Positions 1 through 12,439 of a stretch of DNA of 64,000 nucleotides are shown one piece after another (position 1 is the first letter of the stretch; each line of letters starts with the position of its first letter). A program made the translations under genes and the position numbers. This DNA comes from Lama guanicoe (taxonomy: Eukaryota), in the NCBI GenBank assembly GCA_013239625.1, contig MU054187.1, positions 17,414,711-17,478,710 on the forward strand, written 5' to 3'. The notes below the pieces were generated by a model, which saw only the letters and a program-made list of their open reading frames with translations, was not told the origin of the DNA and did no database searches.

Positions 1-1293
1 AACTGAAAGCATTATTTCCAAGCTGCAAGACTTCAAAATCCTGGTTCCAGCAGCAATGCCGTCTGCCAGTATCCCATAAAGCTTTATTTCCCCAAGGTTT
101 TCACAATATGACATATTTGGATCATGTTCAGTTCTTACCTTCCCCTGTGTACATTCATTCCGTGTATTTTTATTGCTCTCTTAATTATCTGCACATAGAT
201 ATTAATTCCAGAATGTACAAATAGGTTCCATTGTGATTTCCCCATTGCACTTTATATGATAACATCATTGATGAATGCTATTTACAAGTTTCCAGGCAGA
301 CTTGTGGTTGATCTAAATTTGTGGGACAACAGCATTCAGATATCTGCTTTCAATTTGTGTGCATGTTTTGCCCTGTTATTTTCCCTTTTTTTATGGCTGT
401 ATTAATTGTTACCAGAAGTCTCTATGAAATGACAGAGCAATCCAACAATGGAATGTAGCAGATTAGAAATTACGGTTTTACTCCATCTGAGAAACGTGTC
501 AATACAGCCTAATTCTTCTGTGCTGGGGACATTCGGGGAGTGACACACCACTTGATTCTCAGCATGTGGGCACTGGCTGACCGCCGGGACATGAACTGTC
601 CTAACACTGATGCTTTTATCGACCCATTTGACACTTATGATACTTGCAGAAATGATGAAGCGAAAACTAACCCATCACTAAGAGAAACGGGACATGTGGG
701 AATTGGTATGTTGCAGCTCACTAAGTCTTGAGGCATTAAGGCTAAGGATTAATCCAAAGAGGCTGTGGCTGGCATCAAAGCCATATACTAGCCTCATGCC
801 TCGGTGAGTTAAGCAGCAGAATGGGGAGCAAAAGGCCCTTTGGTCTAATCCCAAACATCGACTTACTATCCAGTCAGGTTTATTTCTGTAAATGTCTTTT
901 GACACAAAGTAACGTCTTCTCTCATTTAAAAAGAAGAGAATTTTTTAAAAAGTATAAATAAAACTACTGATCACTTAAGAAGATGGTTTAAAAGCATATG
1001 AATAAAAACCATAACTTATAAAACATGGATGTCCTCATGGACCTGGGCTGAAAGACCCTGACATCGCGACGGTGGGACCAACACTGCGGCTTTGGATGCA
1101 GCCAGTTAGAGAGGATGGCGAGAGTCTTTAGATCGAGATAAAATGTAATGGGAATGGGCCAATCGAGAAATAATATGACAAGGAAATGCCTCTGAACCCT
1201 TCCTAGTGCTATATAATTGCTGCTGTCCCCTCTGCAACAGTGCAGGTGGATACAGAACTTTCCACTGGTCTAGTGAATGGATGTAATGATCAG

Positions 1294-1316
1294 TCTCTCT
1301 CTCTCTCTCTCTCTCT
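1294..1316. repeat. (TC)n microsatellite
   Basis: Uninterrupted TC dinucleotide run. Confidence 0.95.
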
Positions 1317-1327
1317 TTTACACTTTA

Positions 1328-1500
1328 CCAATTGTTCAATCCTGGTTGCATTTTAAAAACAGCCAAGAAAGTTTAAAAAATGCTAATGCCTAGAACCATC
1401 CAGAACAATTTAGTCAGAATCTCCAGAAGTGAGGCTGGGGCATGGGTATTTTTAAAAACTCCCTGAGTGACACAGGTGAGCATCCAACTTTGAGAACACG
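1328..1500. mobile_element. MER5-type (MER5B-like) hAT-Charlie MITE
   Basis: Resembles MER5 consensus blocks: AAAAATGCTAATGCC...CAGAATCTC...GGCATGGGTATTTTTAAAAACTCCC...TTGAGAAC. Confidence 0.7.
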
Positions 1501-2203
1501 TGGGACATGCTAATCAGTACCTCACTCAGTGTAAACAGCAGCATGAGACATTTGAGTGCGTGTGTGTCTGTGAGCCATGCCCAGAGCAGCTTATGAGCTC
1601 CCTCCCAAATGAAAATGTGTTCCATTGGTGATGTTAAACAGTCACTGCCAACTGCTTGGTAGCGATGCTACGCTTAACTGTTTTGGGGTTTGTTTATTTG
1701 TTTATGCCTTTTTTCCTACTTTTCCCTTTTTCTTTCCCCACCAAGTCAGAGGGAGAATCCCATATACTTTTGAAAAACATCAGCTTGATTGACAATAGTA
1801 CACTTATGTGTGCATTTATTTAAAGGACAATACTTCTCCATTATGCTACTAAGCGACAAAGGTATTCGGCCCAGGACAACCTCCTTTTGTCCTTCATAGA
1901 ACACGACTCTCAATACTCATTTGTAGAGTCAACTTCTATTTTCACTCACTGTTTAAAACAGAAAGTCCTTTCTTTCTTCCCTCTCTCCATTCAGGCTAAG
2001 AGTGGCTACATTCACTCAGTGCAAAAGATGAAAATTTAACGGTATAGGAAAAGCAATACCCGATGGCTGCTAATCTTTGTCCCCACACACACTCCCACAA
2101 ATGTTCACTCCAAAAATGCTTAAAAAAGTTTCCTGAGTGCCCATTAGGTGCATAAGAGAAGATCATGCTGGATTCCCTCAGGCTGCTCCATAAATTTATA
2201 CCC

Positions 2204-2590
2204 TGAGTTATTTTGCGTCCATGAGAAAGCAGATGGCTAGCCAGGATTAGATGTGCAAGAGCTTTCTTAGTGGAAGGAGCATGAGAAAGTTAGGAGAAAC
2301 TTCAGAACATGATGCAGATTTGATAGCCCTGGAAGGACAGACAAAAGGAAGGCGATTGACTAGGTAGAGTCTCAGGCTATGCTGAGGTTCCAAGAAAGGT
2401 CTGGCAAGGCCAATGGGGCATTCTGGGGCCAAAGTCAACTGTTGGGGTAATCTTGTGTATTACAGGAATGGCCTGCCTTCTTGGCCCTGCCAGGCTCTGT
2501 CCTGTGCTGACAGTAGTAACTGGAGCCATCAGCTAATCTTGCTTCCTGTAGTAGGAGATCTGAGTGTCATGCTTCAAAGCTACCCTAGGC
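2204..2590 (-). mobile_element. LTR16-family ERVL LTR (3' LTR of decayed provirus)
   Basis: Reverse complement reads CTCTTGCACATCTAATCCTGGCTAGCCATCTGCTTTCTC at its end and CACTCAGATCTCC near its start, as in LTR16A/B. Confidence 0.75.
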
Positions 2591-2789
2591 CATGCTTTGT
2601 GCTACACATATCCACTTCTCCATGACGCTTGGGGTAACAGCTCTGCCATGGTTTCTATGGGCTTCCTGAAGAGAACCTTAAAAGTGGAAGGTTAGTGAGA
2701 TGAACAACAGCCCTTCTCTCTACGAATGGCCTCAGAGCTACAACTGGTAGTCATCCTTGTCTTCCTGCAGGACCAATGCTAAATATCCC

Positions 2790-3220
2790 TGACCTGATAA
2801 GTTGGGCCAGATATCACCTGAATGTGCAGGAGCTGCTCTACAGGAAAGGAACTTTGAAATTATAAGACTTGGAGCTCATATAGGGCAGCTGGCTTCTGTT
2901 GTTCCCTCTCTTTGGGAGGTGGAATAATCGGGAGAGAGAGAGAGAGGTAGAGACTTGCACTTTGCAGCGCAGACTAGCCCTCTCTATGCTACTCTGAATC
3001 GTATTTGTATTCAAATGACTCTGGGGGAGATAAGAATGTAGTCTCCAAATTTGTTACATTAAATGCAAGCAAATGGCACCTGAGCAACGAACAATCTCTG
3101 ATTTCCAAAGCCTGTTTACCATCCAATTATACTTTACACAGATTTTTAGTAATCTTTGCTCAGAAAGTTCTGAATTCACTGAAACATGGAAATATTCATG
3201 GAGCTTTGTTTCCTCCCATC
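2790..3220 (-). mobile_element. ERV1-class LTR (MER110/MER89/MER90-like) nested inside the ERVL internal region
   Basis: The minus strand reads CTCCATGAATATTTCCATGTTTC...CTGAGCAAAGA...GTAAACAGGCTTTGGAAATCAGAGA...GCTGCCCTATATGAGCTCC. ERVL sequence resumes on both sides. Confidence 0.6.
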
Positions 3221-3619
3221 ACTTCAAAAGTTCTTGGCAGGGTGACTCAGACATTCATTCCTGAGGTTCTGGGTTCTTGTCAGTTATACAGGTCTTGGAC
3301 CAAGTCTCCTGAGTCTGTTTGGTCACTATTACAGTGGGGCAAGGGATTACCAAGAGGTGTTCAAGTAAGTGTATCATCTGGCTTCTGCATGGATTTCTTC
3401 TTGATTGCATTTTGTAAAAACAGCCCAATCTCTCCTGCTGATCAAGACTGATTACTCTTATTACAATGGTGACTTCTCTTTACACCTGCTGGTCATCCCA
3501 AGTATCATGGAACTGTTGGCGACATGGTGCTATATAAAGTATGTGCTCTGATTTAATGCATGCAGTACATCTTGAAGGATATCATTCTATCCACTCAGAG
3601 TTTACCTCCAAGGTGGTGA

Positions 3620-3760
3620 TTTATCCATGTCTTGAGAAAGCCATTCAACTATTGTATGAAGCCAGATACTTCTGGCTGGTGTACTATGTGATGTGACTCG
3701 ATCTCATGGTTGTGGGTGCAATCCTGTATCTCCTTCACTATAAAGTGAGTCTTCTGGTCA
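3620..3760 (-). pseudogene. ERVL integrase core remnant
   Basis: Translation DQKTHFIVKEIQDCTHNHEIESHHIVHQPEVSGFIQ*LNGFLKT resembles ERVL IN (DQGTHFTAKEVQQWAHAHGIHWSYHVPHHPEAAGLIERWNGLLKT) and has an in-frame stop. Confidence 0.8.
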
Positions 3761-4968
3761 TGGTGCTGTGCTGTATAAAGTTCTATGCTTATGAAACAAG
3801 CATTACTTAATCCCCTGGATAGTTGTGCTGGGAATCTGAGGTCAGGAAAGGCAAACACACACTCAATAAGGATCTGTCTTTAATGGGATGGACAGCTACC
3901 CCTTCTGGGGATGGAGGGACCCTTTGTAGTCAACAAGTATAGAATTCTTTTATAGAAATAGAGACATGTCAAAGGTTCAGCATTGGCCATCCCTTTTTCC
4001 ATACTTATAAAAGCTTCTCTAACAGTAAAGGTGCTCCATTCCTTGTGGTTCTTGCCAGAGTATTATATATATTCACACCCAGATAATGTGTTTCTAAGTC
4101 AATGGATCATTACCTAGCCAATCTTAAATCCCAACCCCCTTGATCAAGCACTATGAATATTCAATTCCAGGGTTGCTTCCTTGACTCCTGCTGGCACCTA
4201 CTTGCTAATTTTTGCGGTTTCTCCAATATAGAATCTCTTTTCTCTTTTATCAGGCCTTGCACATCCCTGGCCAAGTTATGCTGAGATTTAAACTAGGTAT
4301 CAGCTCATGAGTCAGCAATGGTGGTAGTGGAAGCTACTGAAAGGTTACAAGTCACCTTATGGTGGAGAGGCTTTTGCAACATCTTCCAAAACAGGAGACG
4401 CACTAGCTCTTGGAAGAAAAAGTGGGACATCTCTTTAAACTCATAGAGTTTAAAAGTCTGCAGAGTCATATTTTCAGAGGCATTCTTCCAGAAGTTCCCG
4501 TCCCAGCTTTCAGGTTCAGAGGTGTTCAGATTTACCTTGAGGGTACATTCAAATACTTCTTGATCTCCACTCTAACAGATCTTTTGTATACTGGTCAGCC
4601 TTTACTGCGGGAGACAAGGGTCCTTTTGTAAGTTACCAAAGAGGCCCCTAACTGTTTCTCATCATCCCTCTGCAAGGAGTCAATAGAGATTAGCAGTGAC
4701 CAGCAACTCTGTTCTATTTATGGGCATAGTTACCACCATACCTTACAAATGCCTGAATCACCTACAACTTCAAGGATATTGCCCTCCATCAGGATATTTT
4801 TCCAGGTCTTAAATAGGGAAATATTTATTAATGGGTGACCAACCTGTGTTTGGAACTATCTGTGCCCCAGAACCACTCAGAATAATGTACTTTTCACCAG
4901 CACAGTGGAGAGTGAGTTGATCTCAAATCCTCATCTTACCACTTTCCTTGAACTGTTCCAGTTACCAT

Positions 4969-5400
4969 TTGCATTAGTTTGAGTTCTCCAAGACGCAGGT
5001 GACAAAACGGGATTAGAGCTGAAAGTGAGATGGAGAGGCAGCAAGAGGAAGTGGAAAGAATCTTAGGCTTATGATATAAATACAAATCATGTTCAAGAAA
5101 AGAGTGACTGGAATGGTTATTGTAGGATGGGTCACAGATTACAGCACAATTCAAAGAACACTGCAGTTTGGTGGCTGAGTGCTCTCAAGACAGAACTGTG
5201 CCTTGAAAGAGCTCTGCTTGTTACTGAAATGGGTCCACTTTAGTACTTCGGCTATGTTCAGTCATTGGCTAGAAACAGGACGTAGATGTGGTCTCAGTGC
5301 TAGTGCAATGGTGAAGCCACAGGGGCAGCGACTGGGATCACTGGACAATAAAGCTACTCAGAGCATAAGATCTGACCAGTCTATGTTCATAACCACCTCT
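4969..5400 (-). mobile_element. LTR16-family ERVL LTR (5' LTR of decayed provirus)
   Basis: The + strand TGCATTAGTTTGAGTTCTCCAAGACGCAGGTGACAAAACGGGATTAGA is the reverse of an LTR16 3' end. It contains TCAGTCATTGGCT and abuts the internal leader. Confidence 0.7.
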
Positions 5401-7084
5401 ACCTGAGTAAATTGTATTCAGGTAGGTCCCTGTTACAAAAACCAAGGAACAAAATTCAGAAGGTGCCCAGTGGACCTGAACGTTGATTTAGCCAGGAGAG
5501 CTCCACGGGAAATCAACTTACTTCCTGCACTGAAAAGAATCAACACCATCATCATACTTGTAGTGAGACTTTTGGGATCACACCTAGGAAAAAAAAGAGA
5601 GAGAGAGAATTTCACTTGACACATATTGGGCTCAAGATACTGGTGGGAATCTGAGAAATATGGGAAAGGTCCAAAAGAGCTGGAAAAGTGGAATGCATTT
5701 TGGATAGACACCTTAGGAAAAGTAATTCCAATTTCTATCCTCTTATGTAGGTGCTTTGGTGGAATGTGTAATAGATATAAGGACCTGGAAGACTGATGTA
5801 AATATAATGTATGTGTCTGTGTTTGTGTGTAAAGCATAATATAGCTTCACTAATTTAATCTCATGAATTCTAATAAATTAAAAATTGAGATGCAGAGAGT
5901 ACCTTGAAAATACAAAAATAACACTAAAGATTATTTTTAGACCCATGAATTATTTATATATGGAATCTTAAAATAAGCTGTGTTTTCAAGATATCTTTAG
6001 CTGCTAGGAATCAGGCTATATCCCTCAATGAACATACTTTCAAAGAAACAGATACAAAAGCATGACCTCTAAATTCCTGGTCTTGACAAGAAAATTTTGA
6101 GTAAACATATGTAGAACATAACTAATATTTCTGTTTTAAAACAGCAAATTTCTCTTTACAAAACACATGCACACATATGCAGATATATATATAGAGAGAG
6201 ATCTATGTATAAGAAATTACTATATGAGATTCTGTATTTAAAATAAGAGCATTAATTCATGAAAATCCTGCAAAATATGTAATGTAAAGCTTTTGTGATA
6301 GAAAAGCCACAAAATCATTTCAGTCTTGGAAATAGAACAAATGCGGAATCAAAAGTTTCAGGTATGTAAATGAAAACAGCCAAACTAAAAGGGAGAAAAA
6401 AGAAACCAGTTAAAAGTATCTTCTCAAACATTCTATGGTGCTCCGGGATGCACCATTTAGAAAGCCTAGATCAGAGCAGATCTATGAACGTATATCGAAT
6501 TTTATCAAAGCTGACTACTTAGTCTGCAAGTGGAACAAAAGATATAGTTTAACAAATGCAGAAATAATGAGGGTTTCAGATTTCTAACCAAGGCACCAAA
6601 AGATTGACTCCAGCCTAACATATCAAAGCATGGGAATTCACAACTGAAACTGGACTACTCCCACATAGAATTTCTGCATACCATAGGCAAGGTTTATACA
6701 AGCAAAAATTTCAGCCACTTCCTCTTTGCTTTTTCTATAATGAGAAGAAAATACATGCTAGACCTAACCCATGAGAAAGTTGCAAATTTCATTTTTTATG
6801 TTCATTGACCAAGGAAGTCTGTTGATTCTATGGAAAATTAAAATCATTACTCTCCTACAAATTCTCAAGATGCTAAAGTTCAGAATACTGGCAGCAGCCA
6901 CCAAAAGATCGTATTTCAAAGATGTAAATTTGAAGCTGTGTCTCAGGTGGTGGTAATACTTTATAATGAAACATAAAAATGTAAGTAAACAATAAAAATA
7001 ACTAAATTAATTGATTAAATATGCAAAACTTTTTTTGAGATCCCCAAAATGACTTCAATCACTTTCTTGTTTATCCGGTTCAGA

Positions 7085-7310
7085 GCCTAGGAAATGGAAT
7101 GAGAGCTAGATGATCATGATATGTTTGATATTCTATTTATTAGGGAGGTGACTTAATCTATATAAATCTCATCTTCCACATATTAAAATTGAGAATACTG
7201 TTATTAATCACATTGTAGTCCTACTATGAAGTTAAAATACGGTAATATAACTAAACCACAGTGGCTTATGGAATAGTTAAAAATGTAGTCATCATTATAT
7301 TGTTATTAAT
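7085..7310 (+). mobile_element. MIR SINE (highly diverged)
   Basis: GTGACTTAATC...TAAAATTGAGAATA...TATGAAGTTAAA, followed by a TATTATT-like tail. Confidence 0.5.
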
Positions 7311-8388
7311 ACCTTTACAGTAAGTATGCAACAATTTAAATGTTCAATAATTATATGCCTTCCTCATTAAATAAATATGTATTTTCAATATTATATCCAT
7401 TATGAAGTTGTCTCTTGATTGCTGAAATGGTTTAACATTTAAAGCAATAGTTGTCCAATATTAATGTGAATAAGAGCTTATAAAAACACAGACTGCTGAA
7501 TAGACAATTGCAATATTCCAAGGAAAAGAGATGATGAAGGCTAAATTAAATGAAGTAACTACAGGGTTTAAAAGAAAGAGTGATTGTATTTCAACATAAA
7601 ATTAACTTAGGAATTGAATAAAGGGAACTTTTTCTCCCCTCTTTCCTCTACCACTTTCTCTTTTTCCAAACCTACCTCCCATTCAGTCTTGTTATGCCAG
7701 ATTTTCTTCCTATTTCTTAAATACTTTCCCTCTATTTATATATCTAGTCATTGTCAGTATACCATCTCTCATCATCTCCCACTAGAATGACTGAGACAGG
7801 TCCTACAAAAACAAATGAATTACTCTTTTGAACGAAACCTTTCAAAATTTTACATGATCTAAAGGAAAAATTTCAAAGTCCCTAGTAGAATGAGAAGTAC
7901 ATTTGATAGATTTATCAGCACAGCATCCTGTCCTCCTCTAATTGTGAGTATCATCCTTTCCATCCTTTAGACAAAAATTCCCCTCCTGAATTCTGTATGA
8001 TCCTGGTCAATGCTCTCAATTACTTTGTGGTCAGAGAGGTTTGTTATGTAAGAAAAATGGAGCCAAACATACTGTGCCCTTACTTGGCTTAAGAGATATT
8101 GGCAATCAACACCCTACCTAAATTTTTTCTAGCTGGGACTTCTGGGGCACACTCTCCTACTCTTGGTACGGAGATGGAATAAAGTGAATACCTGTGGCTT
8201 TGATATTGACTATCTGATAAAACCATTCTGTATTTTTAGAAAATGAAATAAAAATATGGATAACATAGAAGAAAAGCCTGTCCTTGGTTTGAGCCATACT
8301 TGTGTCCTTCTCTTTTTCAAAGTTTGGATAAGAGCAAATAGTCTCTTTTTTATTTAAGACTCTTTGAATTAAAATTCTGCATCATGCT

Positions 8389-8422
8389 ATGAATGAAAGA
8401 AGAAAGGAAGAAAGGAAGAGGA

Positions 8423-8481
<59 letters not shown>

Positions 8482-8680
8482 GGAGGGAGGGAGGAAGGAA
8501 GGAAGAAAAGAAGGAAGGAAGGAAGGAAGGAAAGAAGGAAAAAGAAAGGAAGGAAGGAAGAAAAAAGAAAGGAATGAAAAAAGGAAAGAAGGAAGGAAGG
8601 AAGGAAAGAAGGAAAAAGAAAGGAAGGAAAGAAGGAAAAAGAAAGGAATGAAAAAAGGAAAGAAGGAAGAAAAAGAAAAC
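8389..8680. repeat. Compound polypurine simple repeat (AAAG)n/(GA)n/(GGGA)n/(AAGG)n
   Basis: About 290 bp of almost pure A/G. It generates the K/E/R-rich and F/L/S-rich ORFs in the track. Confidence 0.97.
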
Positions 8681-8749
8681 ACTGATTAATACTATGTTGC
8701 AAAAGCACCTTAGTGATCTGGATATGCAGCATCATGTGTCCTGACTTTA

Positions 8750-9067
8750 TTTATTTTGTCTCCTTTTCTGGACTGTTCTTTCTCTTCTCTTTACCCCCTT
8801 ATCTGGATCCCTTCTACATTTATTTTAAAAACATGCTCAAGTCTCACTTTCCACTAATCCTTACCTGACCTTTCTTTCCAGGCAGATTTCCTATGTGTAT
8901 TTCTATCACAAGCCTTAATATGTTATAATTTATCCACATTTATATATGAATCTTCCATGTGACTGGGAGCCCTTTGAATGGAAGTACTAACTTCTGCTTA
9001 TTTTGTATCTCCTGGGAGATCATTTCACACCAAGTTTTGTTCAATATATACTTATTGAATAAATGAA
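8750..9067 (+). mobile_element. L2 LINE 3' end
   Basis: GACTGGGAGCCCTTTGAATGG...TTTGTATCTCC, ending TCAATATATACTTATTGAATAAATGAA (L2 tail). Confidence 0.65.
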
Positions 9068-10699
9068 GTAGGGTACTCCGTGTCCATGGAAAAATATTAT
9101 TTTTCTCTTACTGTGTCCAAGACAATCTTTAAATTTTCATTTGTAAATTGGTATCTATTATATAATTCTTACTGTCATTTATCTACATATCAAATACTGA
9201 GTCAAAAAAGAAATGAATTACCATCAATAGCTGTTACCAGTGCTTTAACACAACTATTGCCCCACAATTTTTTTTCACTTTTTTTCACTTTTGCCTCAAT
9301 TATTTTTTTGCATATTGATCTTTATAGAGAAAAATTCCATAAGTGACTCACAATAAGATACATTTATCAATGTGAGGTCGTAGCAAAATGTAAGATCAAA
9401 AACTAACTCATAGTACCAATTAATGTGATTCATTTCAATTTCATTCAGTTCTATTAAATGCTGTTCAGTTCACATCACCTCAACAGCATGCACTTAACAT
9501 CTGCTACAAGATGTATAGTTTGTCAGGCACTATAGGAGATGCAGGAAATACAAGATGCTATCTATAAACAAATAGTAATTTTTGTGAAGGATGGAGGAGA
9601 AGAGTATGCACTTAGCGACCTACATCCCAAAAGTTCAGTTTTGAAACATTTGACCCTCCTACATTATGATACAAGGATTATTAATAAACTCAACCAATAG
9701 CTGGCCAGGTCTTTATGAGCTTTGAATTTATGCCTTCAATGATGGAATTCTGCACATAAACAATTAAGAATTGTATATATATAAACATAGTGTTGCAATT
9801 AATCTACGGACAAATTCATTTTATACCAGATTTGTGGCAAAGCAAATTGAGCAGTGACTTTTACACCAATGTGTGCTCATTTTGTAGCTGCCTCCCACTG
9901 TTTTGGCAAGACTTTCAAATGTTTCCTTGCTCCATCGCCTTGCAGCAAGAAAGCCAGCAGCTGTGGCCAAGGCAACAATTTTGGCAGTGGTAATGCCCAG
10001 ATGACAACCTCTGGACTAGCTCTCTCCAGCAGTAGCAGTGACATCTGGACCACTTTCTACACTTGAGAGTATCTTGGCTCAACTCCACACATACAGCTGT
10101 AGAGCCACGTCTAGAACTATCTTCAAGTAGGGAAACTGCATCGTGAGAGAAAATCGTTGTCCTCTGATTGTAAGACGATTCATATTATGTACGTGTGGAT
10201 GCATAATTGCTCTGTGTGTGTGGGTGTGCATATGTGTCTATTTTGAGAATAGGTTTAAGACTACAATTTGTTTAAAAAAGAGAGAGAATTAAATACACTC
10301 CATGTCTTCAATACACTCTAGTTATATATTTAACCTATTTATTCAGGGTTACATATATACATTTAGGTACACACACACATCGTCATTGGGTCAACTATTC
10401 AGACAATTTAGCATTTGAGAGCTTTTGCTTATTATGGGATGTAGTGACTTCCTTTATGAATTCCTTTGGCATGTACATACTGTATGTTTACTGCTAAACC
10501 ATACATGGTTTGAGGAAGTAACGTGTAAAAATGCAAATTTCTTAAATATAGCATAACCACTACTGAGGAGATTATAATCCAGCCACCAGGAAAAGACATA
10601 AGAAATTCTAAAGAACTGATAAACAAAACAGAACTTCAACATACCCATTACTTGAGAGCATTGAAGTACATCATTTATTCTTAATTAAAATGTCAATTA

Positions 10700-10895
10700 C
10701 TATTTATCCATCAAGAGTTGTGCTACTAACTCTGCAGGCATTGTCTTATTTAATACTCACAACCTTGTGAGGTAGATATTTTTCCCATTTTATTGATAAG
10801 ATAAATGACACTTGGAGAAATCAAAGGCCACGTCACATAACACATAAGTGGTGGAGCTATATTTCAATCCTCTATCTGCTTTCAAAGATTACTAT
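10700..10895 (-). mobile_element. MIR SINE
   Basis: TTATTTAATACTCACAACCTTGTGAGGTAGATATTTTTCCCATTTTA...GTCACATAAC...AAGTGGTGGAGC is a reverse MIR core. Confidence 0.75.
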
Positions 10896-11565
10896 CTTTA
10901 CCTTTGTTCCTCCCCTACGGTATCTAGTACAGTTGTTTGCCAATCATTTTGTTTTCTGAAATACTTTTTTTTAAACAGTCAATTGTGTGGAAACACAAAA
11001 GCAAGAGAGACAAAAGAAAGATTTCCAATTGGAATAGGGTAAACTGCTAAGATATAACAGAAAAAATGGGGCAGGACATTTGCCAATGATAATTTACCAT
11101 TAACAGATAAAAACGTGGAAATTGACAAGGCAGCTTAGCAAGCTGATGGGCTCCTCTGCAAACATGGTCACCACAGACATCTGATCCCGCTTGGTGGTGG
11201 TGTCAAATGTCATAGCCGAGCGACACACTCTAGATCACCCTTTTCTGGTAGCAGTATTTGATTATAAAGCTTGCAGTTCCTGACAACTATTGTTCTCTAA
11301 TCCAGTGTTCGTTTTTTCCTACTTCTCTAGTTTCAGCAAAATGTGACTACTTTGCTTAACAAGGTCCAATACAGTCAAATGTGAAGTTGTTTTTCCCTCC
11401 ACTTTTTTCAAGTCAGTTTTTTATTTATGCTCAGTCTCTATAGTTATTTCTTATAGAAATAAACTATTATTTCCTGGACTTAGCCCCTTAGAAATCTGAG
11501 GGAAAAATAATGGCATCAATTTTTGGACAGTTTTTACAACCTAATCAATAGAAAATATTCCTTGA

Positions 11566-12183
11566 GAATCCCACTTCTGGGCATATATCCAGAAGGAACC
11601 CTACTTCAAAATGACACCTACACCCCAATGTTCATAGCAGCACTATTTACAAAGGCCAAGACATAGAAGCAGCCTAAATGTCCATCAACAGATGACTGGA
11701 TAAAGAAGATGTGGTATATTTATACAATGGAATACTATTCAGCCACAAAAACCGACAACATAATGCCATTTGCAGCAACATGGATGCTCCTGGAGAATGT
11801 CATTCTAAGTGAAGTGAGCTGGAAAGAGAAAGAAAAATACCATATGAACATATGAGATATATGTGGAATCTAAAAAACAAAAACAAACAAACAAAGCATA
11901 AATACAAAACAGAAATAGACTCATAGACATAGAATACAAACTTGTGGTTGCCAAGGGGGCAAGGGGTGGGAAGGGACAGAATGGGATTTCAAAATGTAGA
12001 ATAGACAAACAAGATTATACTGTATAGCACAGGGAAATATGTACAACAGCTTGTGTAGCTCACAGTGAAAAAAATGTGCCAATGAATATATGTATGTTCA
12101 TATATACCTGAAAAATTGTGCTCTACACTGGAATTTGACACAACATTGTAAAATGACTATAACTCAATAAAAAAATGTTAAAA
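11566..12183 (+). mobile_element. Young 5'-truncated L1 (ORF2 C-terminus plus 3' UTR) with 16-bp TSD
   Basis: Translates IPLLGIYPEGTLLQNDTYTPMFIAALFTKAKT*KQPKCPSTDDWIKKMWYIYTMEYYSA from 11568. AATAAA at 12166-12171. Identical AGAAAATATTCCTTGA at 11550-11565 and 12184-12199. Confidence 0.95.
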
Positions 12184-12439
12184 AGAAAATATTCCTTGAT
12201 TAAAAAAAAGTTTCCTATTTTAAATAAAATGAATAGATGACCTAAATTTTTAAGATGATATAGGATGATGTAGTGTTAAGCCAATTCAAATCAAAAGGGA
12301 GAATAATACATAAAATTAATAGATTAGATGAAAAACCTACCTCAGTATTGTATTCAAATTTCAGGCAATTAATAACCATGTGCCTTTTTTTTTAACTATC
12401 TGTGTTCTCAACGTCGCACATCCAAATAGGTACTATTAG

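Larger units (their letters stand above)
2591..4968 (-). mobile_element. ERVL internal region (ERV3-16A3-like), heavily deleted and decayed
   Basis: The minus strand begins AATGGTAACTGGAACAGTTCAAGG...TGAGTGGTTCTGGGGCACAGATAGT, like an ERV3-16A3 leader. It contains an integrase remnant (3620-3760) and a post-integrase block GACCAGCAGG...GTAATCAGTCTTGATCAGCAGGAGAGATTGGGCTG (~3420-3500). Confidence 0.75.

Noticed and set aside
480..735. 63-aa ORF in unique, moderately CpG-containing sequence
   Set aside because: It has a GTG start, no recognisable homology and no clear splice boundaries. It may be conserved non-coding DNA, but that cannot be shown without an alignment.
3005..3451. Longest ORF (148 aa)
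   Set aside because: It is antisense to LTR and ERVL remnants, starts at a non-ATG codon, spans an element junction and has no recognisable domain.
8350..8735. Long K/E/R-rich and F/L/S-rich ORFs on both strands
   Set aside because: They are translations of a purine-rich simple repeat that lacks stop codons.
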